This document shows positions 26,593 to 33,234 of a DNA stretch of 33,234 nucleotides, piece after piece. The position numbers were made by a program, and so were the translations under genes. Under the pieces are notes generated by a model. The model saw only the letters and a list, made by a program, of their open reading frames with translations, did not search any database and had not been told where the DNA came from. Source of the DNA: an archaeon (GTDB lineage: Archaea > Nanobdellota > Nanobdellia > Pacearchaeales > GW2011-AR1); assembly GCA_039796495.1 (NCBI GenBank), contig JBDKJQ010000066.1, forward strand, positions 1 through 33,234. Reading direction: 5' to 3'. Position 1 is the stretch's first letter. Every line of letters begins with the position of its first letter.

Positions 26593-27102
26593 ATGAAGAG
26601 GAATTGCCAAACTTTCTGCCCGCAACTGAAGTGTTTTCATAAAGAAGAGGATATTTTTTGGTATATAAATGTTTTTAAGGAAGATGATTCTTTCTTACAC
26701 ATGGGCAAAATATATCTTCTTACAGAAATGATGCCAGAACAAGTGGAAAGAGTATTTGAAAGAAATCTGTTCGAAGAGAAGAATGGAAAAGGAACGGTGA
26801 TCAATCCTGCAGATGGTTTTCATAATCCTGGTCCAGTGGAATTCCTTGGAATGACTGCACTAGGAGAGGGAGATTTAAGAGGAGTAGTTTTTTTGGATAT
26901 GGTATATGCATGTAATAATGCAGGATTGCCGTTGCCGCAAACAAATATTGCACTGACACCAACCTTTTGGGCCGATTACGTTCTGACCAGAGATGCCGAA
27001 AATTGTATACGGGGATTTAAGCAGACAAAGCCTTTCGCATTGTATGATTCAACAAAAAAATCTCTCGATGCAGATTTATTAAAGCAGTTTTTACAGCTAT
27101 AA
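26593..27102 (+). CDS. hypothetical protein
   Basis: 169-aa ORF. Only 25 nt separate 26593 from the dys start. A/T boxes at 26662..26679 favour the internal ATG at 26701 (MGKIYLL...) as the true start. Confidence 0.5.
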   Translation: MKRNCQTFCPQLKCFHKEEDIFWYINVFKEDDSFLHMGKIYLLTEMMPEQVERVFERNLFEEKNGKGTVINPADGFHNPGPVEFLGMTALGEGDLRGVVFLDMVYACNNAGLPLPQTNIALTPTFWADYVLTRDAENCIRGFKQTKPFALYDSTKKSLDADLLKQFLQL

Positions 27103-27123
27103 GCTTTCTAGCTTTTTCTAAAA

Positions 27124-28602
27124 TCACCTAAACCCAAAAAATTTCTCTAATGATGTGGCAGGTGCTGGAGCTCCACGTATTGATCCTTTTTCTCCGCCAT
27201 AGGGGAAACTTGCCATGCCATAATTTTTCTTAAGAATATCATAGATCAAAAAAGTAAGATCCATTGCATCTCTCAATGCAACACTGCGTACAAATGCTTC
27301 CGCATACGAATCTTTTTTGACCCCGTTTTTTTTGAGTTTCTCCAGTTTTTCTTTCTTTAATTCGTTTTCATCTTTTTTCTTGAATTTGAAAAGTCCAAAA
27401 TTGAACAGAGAGGAAAACGGATCGCCGACCTCTTTCTTCTCGTCTTTTTTGTCTTCCAAGAGTTCATCAATATCAATCTTAAGCTGCGCAATGGAGTCAT
27501 CAGTCATGCCTTGCACGAGTTTCAGCGCACTTTCCAGGTCAGAGTCTCCTAGTTTTACTTCCAGCATCTTAAGTTCGTCTTCATTCAGTGCATACGCTTT
27601 GAATTTGATTTCTGCTCTGCCTCCGAATACAAAATTTTGTCCGACTTTGTTCGGAATGCCGGTAAAACTAAAGTCAACAAGAACAACTGCATAATATTTT
27701 CGTATTTTTTTGACGATGTGCTTGAAATCTTCCGGTAAACTTGCGCGCTCCAGTCGTGTATTGGTCGCAGCTTCATCAACCTTTATTTCCCGTTTTCCCA
27801 TCAAAGACAGTTCTAACAGCAGCGTATTAAATGCAGTGACCAGCGCAGGACTTCTTTCAAGTCGTTCGCTTTGCATAAGTTTTTCAGCAGCACGAAGATA
27901 TGGTTTTGCCCAGCGTGCCTGCAGTTTCAGCGCCGACACTTGCGACTTTAAATAACTCTTCTCAATTTCATAGCGCTTTTTAAGTTCCATTTCGCTTCTT
28001 TTTTTCCATTCAAAAAATTCCTGCACACGCGGCTTTAAAATCCTCTTCACTCGATCGTTCAGATCCATCTTATCAATACCCTGGGGAGAATCTGCAAAAA
28101 GAAACGCATCACGCAGTGTCACAAACTGCAGATTTCCGCTTGACAATGCATTGATGCTTCCTTGTCCGCGTTGAATGTCAACCTTATCCATCCATATCTG
28201 CTTCAGTGCAAGAATGCCAGCTTCTTTTACAGCCTTGTCAGGAGAGTTTGCCGCATCATAATGACTGAGGCGAATCTTGAATTCTTTCAGATCGTAAATT
28301 AAATTGAGCACGCTGCGCAAAATACTGTTCATGGTCCCCATAATACGCATTGCCTGCTCCTGCATTTGCGATTTTTTTAATCCCAATTCAGAAAAATGCC
28401 CGCTTCCCGGAGAAGACGCAAAATTATCGACGAGCTTATCCCGATCAAGCCCAATTTTTCCCATAAAGTCAAGAATCCAAAAATAGAGCGGCTCAAGTGC
28501 TTCAGTCGGAGAGTCATAAATAAGCGTATGAACAAAATCAGATGCACCTCTTTCTTTGTAATACGGGCTTACCTCTTTTAATTTATCTTCAACCTCTCCC
28601 AT
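27124..28602 (-). CDS. hypothetical protein, large, with predicted coiled-coil and Lys/Glu-rich segments
   Basis: 492-aa ORF. SD-like GGTGA sits 3-7 nt upstream of the ATG. TATA-like box at 28634..28642. I recognise no family motif. Confidence 0.65.
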   Translation of the reverse strand: MGEVEDKLKEVSPYYKERGASDFVHTLIYDSPTEALEPLYFWILDFMGKIGLDRDKLVDNFASSPGSGHFSELGLKKSQMQEQAMRIMGTMNSILRSVLNLIYDLKEFKIRLSHYDAANSPDKAVKEAGILALKQIWMDKVDIQRGQGSINALSSGNLQFVTLRDAFLFADSPQGIDKMDLNDRVKRILKPRVQEFFEWKKRSEMELKKRYEIEKSYLKSQVSALKLQARWAKPYLRAAEKLMQSERLERSPALVTAFNTLLLELSLMGKREIKVDEAATNTRLERASLPEDFKHIVKKIRKYYAVVLVDFSFTGIPNKVGQNFVFGGRAEIKFKAYALNEDELKMLEVKLGDSDLESALKLVQGMTDDSIAQLKIDIDELLEDKKDEKKEVGDPFSSLFNFGLFKFKKKDENELKKEKLEKLKKNGVKKDSYAEAFVRSVALRDAMDLTFLIYDILKKNYGMASFPYGGEKGSIRGAPAPATSLEKFFGFR

Positions 28603-28670
28603 GATTCACCACTACTATCTCACGCCTTTTTTGTTTATAAAATATTCTGTTTCAGCTCATCAAATAAAAA

Positions 28671-29192
28671 CTAATTCTTCTTCATAAAATCCATGACGCT
28701 TTTTTTCTCAAATTTTAATATAACTGCAGAATCACTATCCACAAGCATGTTGATGATACCAAGCCCTTCAAGCATGCAAGTAAGATTCCAGATTTGTATT
28801 TCGTTATCCTCTGATTCTTTCCCCACATGCCGCTGCACCACTGCAATTATCTTTTGCAGCTTCGGGATGATCTTGTTGTCCGCAAGCGCTTTTTTTGCAA
28901 TGATAATCATTTGGTCATGATCAATCGTGATTTTTTTCTCCAGTGGTTTTAACTGAGGCCTTCCTGCAACTTGGATCAATTCGTCTTCCTGCACAGTAAT
29001 ATTTCCCAAATCATCAACACTAAAAGAAAAAATACTTGTATCATTCTTATAATCAATAGCCTGCTTATTATCGTTCCCCACCATATCAATGATGAAAAAA
29101 CCCGCACATAATGTTGCATCAGGATGTTTCTGCTGAAAATCTTTGAACACATCACTCGATTCAATTGTCTGCACCAGTTCATTAAATGACAT
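28671..29192 (-). CDS. hypothetical protein
   Basis: 173 aa. TATA-like box at 29214..29223, 26 nt upstream. Two similar beta-rich halves; a PepSY-like impression only. Confidence 0.55.
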   Translation of the reverse strand: MSFNELVQTIESSDVFKDFQQKHPDATLCAGFFIIDMVGNDNKQAIDYKNDTSIFSFSVDDLGNITVQEDELIQVAGRPQLKPLEKKITIDHDQMIIIAKKALADNKIIPKLQKIIAVVQRHVGKESEDNEIQIWNLTCMLEGLGIINMLVDSDSAVILKFEKKSVMDFMKKN

Positions 29193-29243
29193 CAGAAATA
29201 AACAGCACGCGAGTTTAAAAAAATATGGATGATTATATCACGA

Positions 29244-29591
29244 TTAACTGCAGTAAACTTCAGGAAGATAATCTAAGCTATATAACATTTGCACTTCTTG
29301 AGACATTCTTCGTCCTTGTTTTACCGCTTCTGCTTGAGAGTCTGCACGTAGCGGAAATGTGAACTCTCGCTGTATGTTGCCAGCTTTATTACGATATCCA
29401 AAATAGATTCTCCAGTCTTCTGTACAAGAATATTGACTTTTATAATCTGAGTCAGGAGTTATTTCAATTACGGTTCTCTCAATTCCTTCTTGCTTAATAG
29501 AACTTTCAAAACTAATCCTAGCTGCATCACAAAGCAGAATAATCCGAAGAAGAGGATGCAAGTCTTCAAGTTTTGCTTTGACTTCAACCAT
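29244..29591 (-). CDS. hypothetical protein
   Basis: 115 aa. TATA-like box at 29612..29619, about 25 nt upstream. Confidence 0.5.
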   Translation of the reverse strand: MVEVKAKLEDLHPLLRIILLCDAARISFESSIKQEGIERTVIEITPDSDYKSQYSCTEDWRIYFGYRNKAGNIQREFTFPLRADSQAEAVKQGRRMSQEVQMLYSLDYLPEVYCS

Positions 29592-29688
29592 ATCAATAAT
29601 AATGATTAAATATTTAAATAATTAATGATATTAAAAGATTAAGAAGCTCTTCCCAAAAATTTCTGCAGTATTTTTACGAACCAAAACA

Positions 29689-29696
29689 TTTATATA
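29689..29696 (+). promoter_or_regulatory. Orphan TATA-like box (TTTATATA) with no ORF at canonical spacing
   Basis: It would start transcription near 29718-29722, exactly at the 5' arm of the 10-bp inverted repeat. The nearest + strand ORF starts at 29946. Confidence 0.35.
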
Positions 29697-29719
29697 GTAG
29701 CTATCTATTGTATATACAT

Positions 29720-29750
29720 AAAGTATATACGCTTTCGGGCTATATACTTT
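29720..29750 (+). repeat. Perfect 10-bp inverted repeat AAAGTATATA-(11 nt)-TATATACTTT
   Basis: Read directly: 29720..29729 is the reverse complement of 29741..29750. An adjacent 10-nt palindrome TGTATATACA lies at 29709..29718. Confidence 0.8.
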
Positions 29751-29945
29751 CGAAACACCTCTTTTCCCCTGGAAGAGCTAAGACATGCTTCGCATGAAAC
29801 TGGCCCTTACAGGGTTTGATAATAAACAAAAAAACAAACATGAGACAATCACATAGTACCGGCGAGAACAATTCAGAGCCTTATATCAATTCTATAAAAA
29901 ATATCGATTGTACATTTTTTTTAGCTAAACTTTCTAGAGACTAAT

Positions 29946-30353
29946 ATGACTGATCTTTTTGACAATAAAATAGTATGCAGAAAATGCAGTGTTGAGATGA
30001 AGCCGACTCAGTTAACACGAAACGGTTTTATATTGCGTGCAGTCCACTGCACAAAATGCGACGAAAAAATTATCCATCCAAAAGACGATCATGATTTTCA
30101 AAGTTTCATGACTCTGCGAAAAAAAGAATTCAATGTCAAGATGAGGTTTGTTGGAAATTCATATGCAGTATCAATTCCAAAGGAGATTGTCAATTTCATC
30201 AAAGAGCATGAACGAATCATGAACGATATGGTGAAGATGTGCTTTGAAGAATTCGGAACACTTCGCTTAAATTTTGGATCGACGAATGGAAATGGGAACA
30301 CTACTCAGAATGATATTAACGAGACTAAATTAAAAAAAGTTAAGATAAATTGA
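29946..30353 (+). CDS. Zn-ribbon + AbrB/SpoVT-like (swapped-hairpin) DNA-binding protein
   Basis: 135 aa. CRKC...(18)...CTKC four-Cys ribbon, followed by RFVGNSYAVSIPKEIVNFI, typical of AbrB/MazE-type domains. Confidence 0.6.
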   Translation: MTDLFDNKIVCRKCSVEMKPTQLTRNGFILRAVHCTKCDEKIIHPKDDHDFQSFMTLRKKEFNVKMRFVGNSYAVSIPKEIVNFIKEHERIMNDMVKMCFEEFGTLRLNFGSTNGNGNTTQNDINETKLKKVKIN

Positions 30354-30369
30354 GAAATAAAATAAAACA

Positions 30370-30735
30370 ATGAAATTGCAATTCAATCTAAAAAAATTAT
30401 TGACAAGTGCATTATTCCTTGGAGCCAGCGCAGGACTTATGGTCAAACACATGGAAGACACGCGCTATCCTAAAGTTATATTCGACGGAAATAGAAATAG
30501 AAAACACATAACAATAACTGATTATAGACAGCCGATAATATTATCGACGGAAGAATTACTGCCCGGATACACCTTAACGGAATGCTATCAAGACTCGGAT
30601 AAAGATGGATCAGTAGACCGCTACGGAATGTCCAAAATATCAAGCAATGCAGCTGATTCCATAAAATGGGGAGTAACACCGCAAGTCCAATCAGATTATC
30701 AAAACTATCTAAATCAAATAAGAAAACTACAATAA
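30370..30735 (+). CDS. small secreted or membrane-anchored protein, hypothetical
   Basis: 121 aa with an N-terminal hydrophobic segment LLTSALFLGASAGLMV. It ends 3 nt before the cdc48 ATG. Confidence 0.5.
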   Translation: MKLQFNLKKLLTSALFLGASAGLMVKHMEDTRYPKVIFDGNRNRKHITITDYRQPIILSTEELLPGYTLTECYQDSDKDGSVDRYGMSKISSNAADSIKWGVTPQVQSDYQNYLNQIRKLQ

Positions 30736-30738
30736 AAC

Positions 30739-33168
30739 ATGTCAAACAAAGGAATAAAATTGCGCGTGGCAGAAGCATTGCAGGATGATGCATACAGAGG
30801 AATAGCAAGAATTGATTTTGAAATCATGAAAGAGCTGGGCATCCGAAGAGGCGATGTCATTTCTATTAAAGGAAGCAGGGAAACGGTGGCAATTGCAGAC
30901 AAAGCATATCCTGCAGATGTCGGCGAGGGAATCATTCGTGTTGATGGTATTATCAGAAAAAATGCACGAACCGGAGTCGGAGAAACAGTTATCATCAACA
31001 AGGCAGAAGTCAGAGAAGCAAAAAAAGTCACCATAGCGCCTGCACAAAAAGGAATCAGAGTCCAAGGCGACATTAAACCAGGATTATTAGGAAGAGCAAT
31101 TGTCAAAGGAGATATTCTAGTGCTGGGTGGAGTCCAAAGACGAAGAGAACTCATGAACGAAGAATTTGGTTTTGATGATATTTTCAGTGATATTTTTGGA
31201 GGGTTCAACAATTTAGGCGGCATACAGCAGATTAGATTCATCGTCGCAAATTCAAATCCTGCAACACCATGCGTCATAACAGAAAACACTGAAGTTGTGT
31301 TAAGCAATAAGACAGTTGAAGTCTCTGAAGAAACTATTCCAGAAGTTACCTATGAGGATATCGGCGGATTGACTGATGAAGTAAAAAAAATCAGGGAAAT
31401 GGTTGAATTGCCTCTGAAACATCCTGAGGTATTTGAGCGATTAGGAGTTGAGCCACCAAAAGGCGTGTTGTTATATGGTCCGCCAGGAACCGGAAAAACA
31501 CTATTAGCAAAGGCAGTGGCAAATGAGTCTGACGCAAATTTTATTTTACTTAATGGGCCTGAAGTCATGAGCAAATTCTACGGCGAGAGTGAGAAAAAAA
31601 TTCGCGATATTTTTGAAGAGGCTGAAAAAAACGCACCTTCTATTATTTTTATTGATGAGATTGATTCTATTGCGCCACAACGAGAAGATGTCGGAGGCGA
31701 AGTTGAACGGCGAGTGGTATCCCAATTATTAACAATGATGGATGGACTGCAAAGCAGAGGAAAAGTTGTTGTCATTGCAGCAACGAATCGACAGAATGCA
31801 ATTGATCCTGCATTGCGAAGACCAGGACGATTTGATAGGGAATTAGAATTGCGGGCTCCAGATAAAAACGGACGATTGCAGATTTTAAAAATTCATACAC
31901 GGGGAATGCCACTGACAAAAGATGTCGATTTAGATTATCTGGCAGGCGTCACGCACGGTTTTGTCGGCGCTGATGTGAGCGCGTTAGCAAAAGAAGCTGC
32001 AATGGTTGTTCTCAGACGTTTGTTGCCAAAATTAGACTTAAAAGAAAATGAACCGATTCCTGAAGAAGTGTTAAAAGAGCTCAAAGTCATGAAAAAAGAT
32101 TTTGACGAGGCATTAAAAGTCGTGAGACCTTCAGCAATGAGGGAAGTGTTGGTTGAAACACCAAATATTTCATGGAATGACGTCGGTGGTTTGGACAAAA
32201 TAAAACAGGAATTAAAAGAGGCAGTTGAATGGCCACTGAAATACCCTGATGCATTTGTCCGCATGGGAATCAGGCCGCCGAAAGGAATCTTATTATATGG
32301 TCCGCCAGGAACCGGAAAAACATTATTAGCAAAAGCAGTGGCAAAAGAATCTGAGGCAAATTTTATTCAGGTGAAAGGTCCGAGCTTGTTAAGCATGTGG
32401 GTTGGAAAAAGCGAAGAGGGAATGAGAAAAGTATTCAGCAGAGCGCGACAAGTTTCTCCCTGCATCGTGTTCTTCGACGAGATTGACTCATTAGCAAGCA
32501 AACGAGGATATGATTCAGGAACAAAAGTTACTGAGCGGGTGTTAAACCAATTGTTGGCAGAAATGGATGGTATTGAAGATCTTTCAAACGTAATTGTTAT
32601 CGGAGCGACAAATCGACCTGACATGTTGGACAGTGCGTTACTACGACCAGGACGATTTGACCGGATTTTATTGGTAGGCGTTCCTGAGAGAGAAGGCAGA
32701 GAAAATATTTTAAAAATTCATACAAAAGATATGCCTATTGGATTAAGTGAAGAAGAAGAAGAATCATTGGAAAAAAAGTTTAAACACGTCAAGATAGAAA
32801 AAGTAACTGCAAAAATAGCCTCAGATGAACCAATTACCGACGAGGATCTTAAAAAGAAAAACGTCAAGCAAATTGATTTCATTGATTTAACTCCTAAAGA
32901 AAAACTATTATATTATTTGGCTGATCAGACTGAGGGCTATGCAGGCGCAGACATTGAATCATTAGTGAGAGAAGCAGCCATGTTGTCATTGCGTGAAAAT
33001 ATAAGCAATAAAGAAGTCAATATGAAACATTTCGAAGAAGCGCTCAAAAAAGTGGGACCAAGCATTACCAAAGCAGATATGGATAAATACAGAAAAATTG
33101 AGACAGAGTATCTCAGATCAGCAAAAGCAGCGCTGGAAACGCCGATGCAGGGTGCATATTTAGGATAA
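30739..33168 (+). CDS. cdc48: Cdc48/VCP-like AAA+ ATPase (two AAA domains)
   Basis: 809 aa. Cdc48 N-domain (LRVAEA...GDVISIKG). Two Walker A motifs [15 protein letters not shown]. Walker B motifs IIFIDEIDS and IVFFDEIDS. Second-region-of-homology Arg fingers. Confidence 0.93.
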   Translation: MSNKGIKLRVAEALQDDAYRGIARIDFEIMKELGIRRGDVISIKGSRETVAIADKAYPADVGEGIIRVDGIIRKNARTGVGETVIINKAEVREAKKVTIAPAQKGIRVQGDIKPGLLGRAIVKGDILVLGGVQRRRELMNEEFGFDDIFSDIFGGFNNLGGIQQIRFIVANSNPATPCVITENTEVVLSNKTVEVSEETIPEVTYEDIGGLTDEVKKIREMVELPLKHPEVFERLGVEPPKGVLLYGPPGTGKTLLAKAVANESDANFILLNGPEVMSKFYGESEKKIRDIFEEAEKNAPSIIFIDEIDSIAPQREDVGGEVERRVVSQLLTMMDGLQSRGKVVVIAATNRQNAIDPALRRPGRFDRELELRAPDKNGRLQILKIHTRGMPLTKDVDLDYLAGVTHGFVGADVSALAKEAAMVVLRRLLPKLDLKENEPIPEEVLKELKVMKKDFDEALKVVRPSAMREVLVETPNISWNDVGGLDKIKQELKEAVEWPLKYPDAFVRMGIRPPKGILLYGPPGTGKTLLAKAVAKESEANFIQVKGPSLLSMWVGKSEEGMRKVFSRARQVSPCIVFFDEIDSLASKRGYDSGTKVTERVLNQLLAEMDGIEDLSNVIVIGATNRPDMLDSALLRPGRFDRILLVGVPEREGRENILKIHTKDMPIGLSEEEEESLEKKFKHVKIEKVTAKIASDEPITDEDLKKKNVKQIDFIDLTPKEKLLYYLADQTEGYAGADIESLVREAAMLSLRENISNKEVNMKHFEEALKKVGPSITKADMDKYRKIETEYLRSAKAALETPMQGAYLG

Positions 33169-33234
33169 TGAAAAAAGAGACTACCTCTAAAAAAGATAAG
33201 CAGGAGAAAACAATGTGGGAAGATCAATTATGGC
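33168..33234 (+). CDS. partial ORF running off the window ([22 protein letters not shown]...)
   Basis: The ATG overlaps the cdc48 stop codon (TAATG). Only 22 codons are visible. Confidence 0.3.
   Translation, partial: MKKETTSKKDKQEKTMWEDQLW

Noticed and set aside
30714-31307. 197-aa antisense ORF within cdc48. Similar long shadow ORFs occur at 24177..24692 within proS, 12585..12953 and 13539..14106 within ahcY, and 649..1546 within gatE.
   Set aside because: They lie antisense or out of frame within strongly supported conserved genes. They have low-complexity Ser/Phe/Leu-rich composition typical of shadow frames in AT-rich DNA.
33151-33165. C-terminal HbYX proteasome-docking motif on Cdc48
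   Set aside because: The C-terminus is ...GAYLG. The Tyr is third from the end, not penultimate, so it does not match HbYX as defined.
1-33234. CRISPR arrays, rRNA genes, IS elements, integrases, or prophage genes flanking the DGR
   Set aside because: I found no regularly spaced direct repeats, no transposase or integrase-like ORFs, and no terminal inverted repeats around 3789..6342. The only repeat pair found is VR/TR.

Overview
AT-rich archaeal chromosomal segment. The archaeal assignment rests on GatD/GatE, family B DNA polymerase, Cdc48, deoxyhypusine synthase, archaeal-type ProRS, and TATA-like boxes about 25 nt upstream of most start codons. The gene content looks like a reduced, DPANN-like genome: housekeeping genes interspersed with small orphan ORFs. 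All functional calls come from motif recognition by eye; no database search was run. The main finding is a compact diversity-generating retroelement (DGR) at 3789..6342. An 88-nt variable repeat (VR) sits inside a target gene, and a non-coding template repeat (TR) lies 442 nt downstream. The two differ at 15 positions, and every difference falls on a TR adenine. A reverse transcriptase (RT) with a DGR-type SQxFAN motif starts 21 nt after the TR. The RT is split by a G9 homopolymer frameshift, carries a C-terminal HTH-like extension, and has no visible avd gene. Other notable features are two neighbouring fusion genes for salvage of SAM by-products (PfkB kinase-SAH hydrolase and MTA phosphorylase-APRT). 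There is also a short GatE that seems to lack the GAD insertion domain, a bacterial-type GAPDH, and a co-oriented cluster of three uncharacterised genes. A 354-nt intergenic region contains an orphan TATA box and a perfect 10-bp inverted repeat. No CRISPR array, rRNA, transposase or integrase was seen. One tRNA-Arg(UCG) is present.
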